From: a virus
Taxonomy: Duplodnaviria > Caudoviricetes
IMG/VR virus record: IMGVR_UViG_3300043466_001519
Location: 32,001 to 96,000 of that record
DNA length: 64,000 bases
Direction: 5' to 3' (one strand)
Numbering within the stretch: position 1 is the stretch's first letter; every line of letters starts with the position of its first letter. This document shows positions 19,197-28,937 of this stretch, one piece after another. The notes under the pieces are model-generated. The model was not told the origin of the DNA, did not search any database, and saw nothing but the letters and a program-made list of their open reading frames with translations. Made by a program: the position numbers and the translations under genes.

Positions 19197-19231
19197 CTCC
19201 TCGAGGTTATCCTCGGGGAGTTTTTGTTTTT
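19197..19231 (+). terminator. Rho-independent terminator CTCCTCGAGG-TTAT-CCTCGGGGAG-TTTTTGTTTTT
   Basis: GC-rich 10-bp stem plus U-tract. Confidence 0.9.
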
Positions 19232-19273
19232 AACTAATTTGATTATAAATAATTACAGCTCTAATTAAAATTA

Positions 19274-19306
19274 TTTGGAATATATAAAAACTATTAATTA
19301 TCTTTA
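19274..19306 (+). promoter_or_regulatory. Promoter TTTG-N21-TATCTTTA
   Basis: Near-consensus, directly after a terminator. Confidence 0.6.
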
Positions 19307-19335
19307 CAATATTTTTTTAACTAATATGAATATAT

Positions 19336-20550
19336 ATGTCTGAAAATCAAAGCTTATTAGGTCAATTGGAAGAACTACTTAGACAAAAAAAGAGTAAAAA
19401 ATTCTATGCTGAAAGACTTGGAATAAGCGAGTTTGAAGTTAATGAGCTTTTAAAAGAGCTTAGGGAAAAAGACAATGAAGATGTAATAAAAACTATTGCA
19501 GAAGAACGCAAAGTAAATGTTGAGAGAGGTACAATAGAGAGTACAATTGTATCTGACTTTGATCCTAAAGATGATCTTGAGTTAGCTAAGCTACACAAGA
19601 TAAACTTAGACAAATATGTAATAACAAACTATTGGTCTAAGATGTTACCAAGTGGTAAATTTACTTCCTCAGTGTTTTCAAAAAGAAAACAAGCAGAAGA
19701 TTACTCTCCTGAAGACTTTGCTAAGTTTTTAGAAAACTACAAACCAACTAACATAGAAGTTAAAAAACCAAATCCATTAGCTAATAAAGATCATGTAGAT
19801 GTAGAAATCTCAATAGCAGATTATCATTTAGCTAAGAGAACAGTAGATGGTGATAATGACCCAACAACTAGAGCTTTAAGATATGTTATAATGGCTCAGT
19901 CTTTGATTGAGAAAGTTAAAGCAAACTACAACATAAACACTGTTGTTCTACCTATATCAAACGATTTCTTCCACACTGATAACTATCAACATCAAACTAC
20001 AAACGGTACTCCACAAGACACTATAATGGATTATGCAGAAGAATATGAATTAGGTTTTGGAGTTCTTGTAGATACAATCAATATGTTGAGACAACATGCT
20101 AACAATGTCACTGTTGTTCTTGTACAAGGAAATCATGACAGAACTAAATCTTATTATCTAGCACATGCATTAGATGTGTTCTTTAGAGATGCATTAGATG
20201 TAGAGTTTATAAGAGAACATTCTGTTATAAAAGGAATCACATTAGGAAATACATTTATTGGATGGCACCATGGTAATTGTAAGATAGAAGATCTTCCATT
20301 ATTATTTGCAACACATTCTAAATATAGTCATCAATTTGGTGATGCTGTTTACAGAGAAGTTCATACAGGCGATAAACATCACTATATGGCTAAAGAAGTG
20401 AAGGGAGTAAGAATACAACAAATGCCTAGCTTATCTGGAACAGATAGATGGCACTTAGATAATAACTACGTACATTCAGTGCGTGCAGCTCTTGCTTTAG
20501 TCTATGATCGTAATCTAGGTAAAATAGCAGAGTTTGAAACTCGAATATAA
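19336..20550 (+). CDS. Calcineurin-like metallophosphoesterase with N-terminal HTH
   Basis: ADYH, NDFFH, QGNHD, HHGN and HTGDKHH motifs; YAERLGISEFEV HTH. Confidence 0.85.
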   Translation: MSENQSLLGQLEELLRQKKSKKFYAERLGISEFEVNELLKELREKDNEDVIKTIAEERKVNVERGTIESTIVSDFDPKDDLELAKLHKINLDKYVITNYWSKMLPSGKFTSSVFSKRKQAEDYSPEDFAKFLENYKPTNIEVKKPNPLANKDHVDVEISIADYHLAKRTVDGDNDPTTRALRYVIMAQSLIEKVKANYNINTVVLPISNDFFHTDNYQHQTTNGTPQDTIMDYAEEYELGFGVLVDTINMLRQHANNVTVVLVQGNHDRTKSYYLAHALDVFFRDALDVEFIREHSVIKGITLGNTFIGWHHGNCKIEDLPLLFATHSKYSHQFGDAVYREVHTGDKHHYMAKEVKGVRIQQMPSLSGTDRWHLDNNYVHSVRAALALVYDRNLGKIAEFETRI

Positions 20551-20552
20551 AT

Positions 20553-21281
20553 ATGGCAACATTAAGAAAATTAGTATCAGATGTTAGAAGTGTCCACAAG
20601 ATACTTTCTACAGATAGTCTTATTACAGATAGAGCAATTGCTTCTGAAATAAGAAACAATGCTTTGTTACTTATAAAAAGAGAAACCAATCTTAGAAAAC
20701 TTTGGGCAACTGATACATTGTTCACTACTATTCCTTGTTTAGAGATGATAGAAGTGCCTATCTCTGAATGTTGTAATTATGTAGATGAATGCACTATTGC
20801 TAGAACAAAATTTAAACTCCCACGTATATCAGAAGGTAATTACCAATATGTAATACAAGGAGTTTATTCTATTAATGCATTAGGTGGTCAAGGAAAGAAG
20901 TTAAAAGAAATTACTATTAATAGATATATCAATCTTTTAAGACTTCCTATAATCAAGAAAGAAGAGTATTATTGGATTACTAATGGATATCTATATGTAA
21001 ACAATCCAATGATTAAATCAATTAGGTTTGTAGCATTATTTGAAGAAGATGTAGAAAATGAAATCATGTATCCAGAATGTGGATGTGGATCTCCAGAGTA
21101 TACATTAGATGAGATATGTAAGAATCCATTAGATAAAGAGTTTCCTCTTCCTGGATACTTAGAGCAACAAACATTACAACTTACATCTCAAAAACTTTTA
21201 TCTACATACTTCAATCTTAAAACAGATATGAGTGCAGAAGGAATAGATGGACAAGCACCTAACTCAAAACCAAATAGTTAA
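20553..21281 (+). CDS. Tail ring protein (crAss-like)
   Basis: CLEMIEVP..CC, NGYLY and FPLPGYL motifs; synteny before the IHF-like and tail-tube genes. Confidence 0.65.
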   Translation: MATLRKLVSDVRSVHKILSTDSLITDRAIASEIRNNALLLIKRETNLRKLWATDTLFTTIPCLEMIEVPISECCNYVDECTIARTKFKLPRISEGNYQYVIQGVYSINALGGQGKKLKEITINRYINLLRLPIIKKEEYYWITNGYLYVNNPMIKSIRFVALFEEDVENEIMYPECGCGSPEYTLDEICKNPLDKEFPLPGYLEQQTLQLTSQKLLSTYFNLKTDMSAEGIDGQAPNSKPNS

Positions 21282-21760
21282 TGAGAACGAAGATTGATTG
21301 GAGAAGCTCTAGTAAAGAAAACTATAATCAGTTTTGTAAAAAACACCCTTCTATAAAACTTACATATGATGAGTGGAGAAATATTCTCTATACATTCAAT
21401 GAGTTATTTAAAGAATACATTTTAGAAACAGGTGATAAAGCAAAACTACCTTATGGGTTTGGAGAGTTCTCAATCAATAAAAAGAAAAGAAGAAAACTAA
21501 AAAATAATATAGATGGCAAAGAGTTTGTAAACCTACCTATTGACTGGCAAAAAACTAAAGAGAAAGGTAAGGTTATATACAACTTCAATTATCACACAGA
21601 AGGATTTTTCTTTGGATGGATGTGGTTTAAATCAACAGCACGTTTTAAACATTCTGATCTATGGTATTTCAAACCTTCTAGACTTACATCAAGACTTTTA
21701 TCGCATTACTTAAAAACCAACGACAAGTATCAACACATTTATCGTGAATGGAAAAAATAA
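21281..21760 (+). CDS. IHF-like protein of crAss-like phages
   Basis: KLPYGFGEFSINK, IDWQKTK and NYHTEG motifs. Confidence 0.7.
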   Translation: MRTKIDWRSSSKENYNQFCKKHPSIKLTYDEWRNILYTFNELFKEYILETGDKAKLPYGFGEFSINKKKRRKLKNNIDGKEFVNLPIDWQKTKEKGKVIYNFNYHTEGFFFGWMWFKSTARFKHSDLWYFKPSRLTSRLLSHYLKTNDKYQHIYREWKK

Positions 21761-21766
21761 TAAACT

Positions 21767-22741
21767 ATGTCATACTACTATAAATATAATTTCGTATCAC
21801 CAGAACCTGTTTATGCCACTGTTAAAGAAGAACTTAAAAGTTATTTCGATACTGGTGCAATAGATGATCTTTTATTTCCTACTTATTTAGATAAAGCTCT
21901 AAAGAAGTTAGGAAGAACTACATTTGTAATAAGTGAAGAAATCTTGTTTATAGAAGATTTTCAAGCTAGACTTCCTGATAACTTTTATGCTGTAAGAGAA
22001 GCTTGGATGTGTACAGAAGTTTCTGGATATCCATATCAATCAGCTAATTCATTTTATTCACAAGCTGCTAGTGCAACCACTATTCAAGTGGCTCCATTAA
22101 CTATTGGAGGAACTCCTTGTAACAGACCAGGTTGTCAAGATCCTGCATGTAATGGTACATGTATGCCAGAATTAGTACAAGCTGTATACAAAACAAACAA
22201 CACTGTTGCTAGAGGATTTACTCATCAGTATTTACTTAAACCTGGTAATATATCTGCAAAACAAAACTGTGGAGTGGAATATACAAACAATTGGGACTTC
22301 TATGCTGAAGCTCCTCCTATTCATGAATTCACTCCTGGTGCTGCTAGTTACGATAGTTTTGATATTAGAGACAATAAGTTTGTAACTAATTTTAGAAATG
22401 GTGTTGTACATTTATTATTCTATGCTACAGAATATGATGAAATAGGTAATCAAATGATTCCAGACAATTATCGTATTAGAGAATATGTAGAAGCATTCAT
22501 TAAATTTAAAATGTTTGAAACTCTTACTAATCAAACTAATGATGAAACTTTCAATCAGTTGCAACAAAAAATGATGTATCATAAACAAGCTTATGAAGAA
22601 TCTTACATCATGGCTGAGATTGAAATGAAGAAACAAACTCCTTGGGAGAAACAAAGAAGAATTAAAAACGATCTTAAAAGATTTAATATGTATGAGCTTC
22701 CTAACCGTACTAATAGATATGGTAGAAGACGTAACAATTAA
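21767..22741 (+). CDS. Tail tubular/ring protein (P22 gp4-like crAss family)
   Basis: LPDNF, TNFRNG and DEIGNQMIPD motifs; directly before the stabilisation gene. Confidence 0.7.
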   Translation: MSYYYKYNFVSPEPVYATVKEELKSYFDTGAIDDLLFPTYLDKALKKLGRTTFVISEEILFIEDFQARLPDNFYAVREAWMCTEVSGYPYQSANSFYSQAASATTIQVAPLTIGGTPCNRPGCQDPACNGTCMPELVQAVYKTNNTVARGFTHQYLLKPGNISAKQNCGVEYTNNWDFYAEAPPIHEFTPGAASYDSFDIRDNKFVTNFRNGVVHLLFYATEYDEIGNQMIPDNYRIREYVEAFIKFKMFETLTNQTNDETFNQLQQKMMYHKQAYEESYIMAEIEMKKQTPWEKQRRIKNDLKRFNMYELPNRTNRYGRRRNN

Positions 22742-22746
22742 TAACC

Positions 22747-25700
22747 ATGGCTGAAGAACAACAACAAGGAAACATTAAGCAGGAGTATAATAATGCCACT
22801 GTAGGACTGAACATGGATCAATCTGTTAATCAGATTAAACCAGGTACTCTTACATATGCATTGAATGCTGCTGTTGAAAACTTTGATGCTAATTCTGTAA
22901 ACTACCAGAATGAGCCAGGGAATGAATTATGTATTAGTTTCCCTAACGGATATTCCTTAATTGGAAGTCATTTTATACAGGAAAGAAACAAGTTTATTTT
23001 CTTTTTAGCTAACTCTTCTACAGGAGAAAGTGAAATAGGACAGATGATTAATAATGATTGTATTTACAGAACAATTGTAAATGCTAATTGTTTAAACTTT
23101 AACATTGACCATCCTATACCTAAAGTTGTTCATAGAATAACAAACTGCTCTACAGAGATTTATTGGACAGATGGATTTAATCCTAGAAGATATATGGACA
23201 TTGATAATGTGCCTTATGTAACAGAGATTATTCCTAATTCTTGTAGTGTACTTACATTAGATGAATTAGATTGTAATAAATTAAAAATACAACCTAATTT
23301 TAATATTCCTCAATTAGAAATTATAGATGTAATTTCAGGAGGAGATTTAATTGCAGGTACTTATCAATTTGGTATACAATATACAGATGCACAAGGTAGT
23401 CCATACACTTCTTTCTATTCTATAACAAATCCTACACCTATTGCAGATCCAGACTTCACTACAGTGAATTTTAACTATCCTGTAGGAAAGTCAATAGTTA
23501 TTGATATAACTAATTTAGATACAACAGGAAAGTATCAATATTATAACTTAGCTGTAATAAAAACAATTAATGGTATTTCATCAGTTGAACTTGTTGGAAC
23601 ATACTTCATAGATAATTTTACACAACAAATAACTTATACAGGACAAAGTAAAACTGATATAAGACTTTCTATAAATGATATATTTGAAAAGTTTCCATAC
23701 TATGATGTAGCAGGAGATTTAACTGCAGTGCAAGATGTTTTAGTTTGGGATAAACTATCTACAATAGATAGAGTGAATTATCAAAAAATAGCTAATCAAA
23801 TAACTCTTCAGTGGGAAAGTTGGAGAATACCTTCTACAGAAAGTTATGCAGATGAAGTGAATGCAACAAACTTACGTGGGTACTTGCGTGATGAAGTGTA
23901 TGCACTTGAGATTGTATTCTTATTAAGAAATGGAAAACAAACAGATGGTTTTCATATTCCAGGTAGAAAACAAACAAACAATGAGATAGTAAGTCAACCA
24001 GATGTTCCAAACACCAATCCTGATTTTATAGGAGAAGGAACTTCTGCTCCTTATTGGAAAATATATAATACAGCTTCTGTAATAGGAACATCTCCACAAT
24101 TCTCTGATGAGCCTAGTTATAAAGGACCATATCAATTTGGTCAATTTGCTTATTGGGAATCTACAGAAACTTATCCTTGTAATGTAGAAGTTTGGGGAGA
24201 CTTAGCTAATCAACAAATTAGACATCATAAGTTTCCTGATATATTAATTAGTCCTTCATTTGAATCTTCTGTTCCTGTAATTGTTTCAGATAGATATCAA
24301 GTGGAAATGCAACAATCTAGTGCAATTTATCCTATTGGTATAAAAATTAACAACGAACAGGTTATAGAATTAATTAGAGAGTCTAATTTAACAAATGAAG
24401 AGAAAGATGATATTGTAGGATATAAAATTGTTCGTGGTGATAGAAGTACAAATAGATCTATTGTTGCTAAAGGTATTCTTCGTAACGTAGGAAGCTATGT
24501 TAAAGAAGAAGAAACATATTACTATCCAAACTATCCATATAATGATCTTAGTGAAGATGCATTTTTAAATGCTAATAATAATGCATATTTTGAATCATGT
24601 GAATCTTTTGATATCATTGTTCGTAGTTTTAATAATGAAGATGAATTAGGTCCATATACAGCAGTTAGATATACTGATTGTAATACAAACAAAGAAATAA
24701 TAAAAAAAATATATGAACTTCATCTTGAAAACAATCCTTTAAAAATTTGTTCAATTATAAAACCTACATTCTTAGGAGAAGGTGTATTTAATAAAGTGGA
24801 ACAAGTAAGATGGGATTCTGGTCCTGTAGCTTATGGATATGCTTCTTATCAAATTACACCAGGAATTCCAGGATATGTTCCAGATGATAAAAAATGTGTA
24901 GCTTATTCTAGATATGCAAATTATGACATTTGGACTGTTGGAGCTGAAAATGGTAGAGCTGGTATAACTGTATATTTTGATGATGCTGTAGAAGGACCTA
25001 TAGAAAGTCCTTGGATAGGTTCTGGTCATAATCTTAAAATATATGTAAGAGTTGGAACTTTTCCTACATTAGGTAGAGGAAAAAGAAAAAACTTTTCAAA
25101 AGATTCTGAAGTAAGAGATCCAGGTTGTAAAGAAGAAGAACCTCTAGCTCCATTATCAGAATCTCTTACAAACAGACAAATATTTAATTCTCCAGAAACA
25201 TCTTTTGGACAACCGTTCTTAGGTGATGTATTAAAGCTTGAGAATGTAATGTATGGTGGTGGTAGAGCTCACTTTGTTGAAGTGAGAGACAATGCTAAGT
25301 ATAGATTATTAAGTAAAGAAGCTCAACAAGTTGCATTACAAAGTTCTTCAAACATTGCTGGAGGAGATATTGTTGCATTGTTTGCAGCTTATCAGGCTTA
25401 TTTAGAAATATACATTAATGGTATAACTAGAAAAAACTATGCATACTCATTTAATTCTATAGCTAGTTACAGTTATCATTCTCCTGTATACAATAATTTA
25501 GGAATCAAACAAAGAAATCTTGATATAAAAAGATATTTAATTCCTGGATTACAAAACGTTGGTGATGATAACAATATTAATAATTACAATAGAGAAACTT
25601 CTGTCTATTTAAAAACAGATGATAGTCTTCCTTTTCCTAGTAAAACAGATTCATTAGTTTACTTAGGGAATTCTTTAATTGAAGATAATTCTAGATTTAC

Positions 25701-28071
25701 AATTGGGGGAACTAACGCTTGTGCCACTCCACAGAGAGAACAAGACATTAATGTTGTTTCATATTATGGATCAATTAAAAATATTGTTCCTGGACAATGG
25801 GGTCAAATATATTCATATGAGAAAGTGGATACAGGGTTTCAAGTGATATTTTCACAATTTACTCCTACAGAATCCACTATATTTGGAGGAGATACATTCA
25901 TTGGTAAATTTGCATTTAAAACAAAACTTCCTTTCTTTTTACAAAATAGAGTGAATGCTCCTGATGATTCAGATGTGTTTTATGATGCAATTGGAAACAT
26001 TGCTTATCCAAAATACTGGCATTCTGCAAGAAGCGTATTACGTAATGCAACAGCTGCGAACCAGCAATTAGTAAACTTTATTTCATATAAAGCTCATAAT
26101 TTTGATTGCCCTAATGATACAACACAATACACAAGTATTAATTCACCTAGTGAGTTAACTTATTATGATGGATATTTTTATATGTTTGCATATGGTGTTC
26201 CTAACTTCTATTGTGAGAGTTCTTATAATTTAGATCTTAGACAAGCATTCAATAATAGAGAAGGTGATTTCTGGCCACATGTATCTACAAGTATTCCTGA
26301 TGCATGGGTGCAACAATCATTTGTTCCTATTGAGCAAGATAATACATATTATTATAATGTAACTTTCTCAAAACAAAATAAAGAAAATTCATTTACGAAT
26401 CTTCCTATTGATTGGAATTCAATCTGTTCTACGTATTATCCTTTTAGAACTATTTATTCTGAAAAGCAATTTACAGATGCAGATAATAAAGTGAATAACT
26501 GGTTAATATACAGAGCTCTTTCTTTTTATGATTTTCCACAAAACTATGGAAATCTTATATCATTAGATGGTATTCAAAACAGAGCAATCCTTGCTAGGTT
26601 TGAAAACAAATCATTAATGTATAATAACTTATTAACTATTGATACAAGTAATCCACAAGCAGCATATGTAGGTAACCCTAACATGTTTAGTGCACCTCCT
26701 ATTGATTTTGCTGAAACAGATCTTGGATATGTAGGAACACAGAATAAGTTTTTATTAAAGATTCCTCAAGGACAAATAACCATTGATGCTAAACGTGGAC
26801 AAATATTTCTTATACAAGGAACAGAAGCTGTAGATATGACAGCATTTGGTTCTGGTGTAAATAGATTTATGACAGACAATTTACCATTTAAAATATTAAA
26901 ATATTTTCCAAATGTAGACACTGATAACAATTTTAATGGAATAGGTTTACATGGAGTGTTTGATGCTAAATTTGATAGAGTGATAATTACAAAATTAGAT
27001 TATGTGCCTTTAGATGAAGATATTAAATATGACGAAGTTAATAAAGAATTTTATGTTGAAAACATAATTAATGATGTTGTTTTTAGAGATGTAGTTTATT
27101 TAGATGATGCTGAATTTTTCTGTAACAGATCATTTACAATATCATTTAATTTTAATACAAAATCTTGGGTTTCTTTCCATAGCTATGTTCCTAATTTTTA
27201 TATAGCAGAAAATAACTTCTTTTATACAGGACTTAATGGATGTTGTGATTCTGTAAATGGAGAAGCTACATTTACTGCTTTAGTAGGAGAGATAGATAGA
27301 ACTAAACCAACAACAACCTCCACTACAAGTGCTGCACCTATACCTTTACCTACTACAACAACAACTAGTACATTAGCATTAGATTGTGAATTAGAAGGAA
27401 CAATTATTGAAACATATTGTAACCTTGAAGGAGATGCTATAATAACTGTTCCTCCTACAACTACCACTACAATATGTCAAAGAGGTAATCTTTCCAGTGA
27501 TAATTTATTTATAACAGGATATTCTGAAAGTTGTGATACAAATATATTAGATACAACAGGAAGTTTTGAAGATGCTTGTTTAGGAATAGAGTATTTGAAT
27601 ACAAATGAAGATTGGTCTTACATAAATATAGAAACAATATCTGTAGCATATAATGAATTAGAAATAGGACAAATTGTTTATCTTGATGCATATTCTACAG
27701 ATTGTACATTAGTTCCTGATGGTTTTTATTTTACAGAAGAAAGTGCGTTTGATACCACTGTTTATCAAGTAGAATCAGGAGTGATTGTAGGAATTTATAA
27801 TTGTGGTACAACAACTACTACTACAACATTTGTTCCTGATACATATTGTTATAACGTAACTATTTATGGTAGCGTAGTTTTAATCTGGACAGATGGATCA
27901 AATGTCACTCATTATGATGAATATTCAGATACATTTGTAACGTTATGTGCACAATACGAATCTATATCATTTGAAACAGATTCTGATGGATATATATTTA
28001 TTCAAGCTTGTGGAGATCCTTGTACAGAAGTTATAGATTGTCCAACCACAACAACAACCACTACTATATAA
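22747..28071 (+). CDS. Tail stabilisation/muzzle protein (P22 gp10-like), N-terminal part, with Cys/Thr-rich C-terminal extension
   Basis: GLNMD, YALNA, IYWTDGFNPRR, FGGDTFI and WVSFHSYVP motifs, followed by four Thr tracts. Confidence 0.8.
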   Translation: MAEEQQQGNIKQEYNNATVGLNMDQSVNQIKPGTLTYALNAAVENFDANSVNYQNEPGNELCISFPNGYSLIGSHFIQERNKFIFFLANSSTGESEIGQMINNDCIYRTIVNANCLNFNIDHPIPKVVHRITNCSTEIYWTDGFNPRRYMDIDNVPYVTEIIPNSCSVLTLDELDCNKLKIQPNFNIPQLEIIDVISGGDLIAGTYQFGIQYTDAQGSPYTSFYSITNPTPIADPDFTTVNFNYPVGKSIVIDITNLDTTGKYQYYNLAVIKTINGISSVELVGTYFIDNFTQQITYTGQSKTDIRLSINDIFEKFPYYDVAGDLTAVQDVLVWDKLSTIDRVNYQKIANQITLQWESWRIPSTESYADEVNATNLRGYLRDEVYALEIVFLLRNGKQTDGFHIPGRKQTNNEIVSQPDVPNTNPDFIGEGTSAPYWKIYNTASVIGTSPQFSDEPSYKGPYQFGQFAYWESTETYPCNVEVWGDLANQQIRHHKFPDILISPSFESSVPVIVSDRYQVEMQQSSAIYPIGIKINNEQVIELIRESNLTNEEKDDIVGYKIVRGDRSTNRSIVAKGILRNVGSYVKEEETYYYPNYPYNDLSEDAFLNANNNAYFESCESFDIIVRSFNNEDELGPYTAVRYTDCNTNKEIIKKIYELHLENNPLKICSIIKPTFLGEGVFNKVEQVRWDSGPVAYGYASYQITPGIPGYVPDDKKCVAYSRYANYDIWTVGAENGRAGITVYFDDAVEGPIESPWIGSGHNLKIYVRVGTFPTLGRGKRKNFSKDSEVRDPGCKEEEPLAPLSESLTNRQIFNSPETSFGQPFLGDVLKLENVMYGGGRAHFVEVRDNAKYRLLSKEAQQVALQSSSNIAGGDIVALFAAYQAYLEIYINGITRKNYAYSFNSIASYSYHSPVYNNLGIKQRNLDIKRYLIPGLQNVGDDNNINNYNRETSVYLKTDDSLPFPSKTDSLVYLGNSLIEDNSRFTIGGTNACATPQREQDINVVSYYGSIKNIVPGQWGQIYSYEKVDTGFQVIFSQFTPTESTIFGGDTFIGKFAFKTKLPFFLQNRVNAPDDSDVFYDAIGNIAYPKYWHSARSVLRNATAANQQLVNFISYKAHNFDCPNDTTQYTSINSPSELTYYDGYFYMFAYGVPNFYCESSYNLDLRQAFNNREGDFWPHVSTSIPDAWVQQSFVPIEQDNTYYYNVTFSKQNKENSFTNLPIDWNSICSTYYPFRTIYSEKQFTDADNKVNNWLIYRALSFYDFPQNYGNLISLDGIQNRAILARFENKSLMYNNLLTIDTSNPQAAYVGNPNMFSAPPIDFAETDLGYVGTQNKFLLKIPQGQITIDAKRGQIFLIQGTEAVDMTAFGSGVNRFMTDNLPFKILKYFPNVDTDNNFNGIGLHGVFDAKFDRVIITKLDYVPLDEDIKYDEVNKEFYVENIINDVVFRDVVYLDDAEFFCNRSFTISFNFNTKSWVSFHSYVPNFYIAENNFFYTGLNGCCDSVNGEATFTALVGEIDRTKPTTTSTTSAAPIPLPTTTTTSTLALDCELEGTIIETYCNLEGDAIITVPPTTTTTICQRGNLSSDNLFITGYSESCDTNILDTTGSFEDACLGIEYLNTNEDWSYINIETISVAYNELEIGQIVYLDAYSTDCTLVPDGFYFTEESAFDTTVYQVESGVIVGIYNCGTTTTTTTFVPDTYCYNVTIYGSVVLIWTDGSNVTHYDEYSDTFVTLCAQYESISFETDSDGYIFIQACGDPCTEVIDCPTTTTTTTI

Positions 28072-28937
28072 TGAAAAGAGAAATTACAATAAAGATAACA
28101 CAGACAGGTCCTAATACAGGACCTTTCAGTGTTTACGATAATTATAATAATCTACTAGATGAAAATGTAAGTAGAAAACAGTTAATTAAAGGTAGGACAT
28201 ATCTAGTAGATAATGAAGTAACAAATGTAAGACTAGTATCAAATGGAGAATGTGGGTTTGAAAAAACCTTTCCATTAAGAGAAATTCCTTATTTAGAATA
28301 TTCTAAGAGTGGATATAAACAAACTAAAACTGCTTGTTTGTGGAAACATTTAACCAACACGCAAATCTATAATTATTTTTATGGAAATATAAAACCATAC
28401 GTAATAGAATATCCATTTGCTTATCAATTCCAAGATGAGATATTACAGAACGTTAAAGACTATACAAAAGCGTATGAATACATAAGAAATCCATATGAAG
28501 CATATGATAGTAATTTAAAAATTGAAACAAACGACAAATGGTTTAATAAAGCTATTCTATATAATGGACAACAGAGTTCTGGAATATTAAATCTTGTTGC
28601 AAAACCACTTCATAACTTACAAGCATATGGACAATATCCAATATACAATACAGACAGTAAAACAATCACTTATACAAAGAGTGATAACTTCTATCAGTAT
28701 AATACATTCTGGGCTTTAGAGAAGAGTTCTCAGGTTCCATTGTTTAGATCATCATGTGAGTCTATGTCAATAGATAAAGAAGTGAATCAAGAGAACATGG
28801 ACTACGGATTGAGAAGCTTTAAGAAAGCAACATTAAGAGCAAAAGAATTGAAAGTGAGACACATTCTTGATAACTCATCAACAGTACATTTAGTGTCTCA
28901 ATTTATATTAACACCTGCACAAATATCTTATAAATAA
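28071..28937 (+). CDS. C-terminal part of the tail stabilisation protein fused behind a GPF domain (start corrected to 28071, MKREITIK)
   Basis: TAATG overlap; LWKH...YFYG..PYVIE and FNKAILYN..QSSG motifs. Confidence 0.7.
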   Translation: MKREITIKITQTGPNTGPFSVYDNYNNLLDENVSRKQLIKGRTYLVDNEVTNVRLVSNGECGFEKTFPLREIPYLEYSKSGYKQTKTACLWKHLTNTQIYNYFYGNIKPYVIEYPFAYQFQDEILQNVKDYTKAYEYIRNPYEAYDSNLKIETNDKWFNKAILYNGQQSSGILNLVAKPLHNLQAYGQYPIYNTDSKTITYTKSDNFYQYNTFWALEKSSQVPLFRSSCESMSIDKEVNQENMDYGLRSFKKATLRAKELKVRHILDNSSTVHLVSQFILTPAQISYK

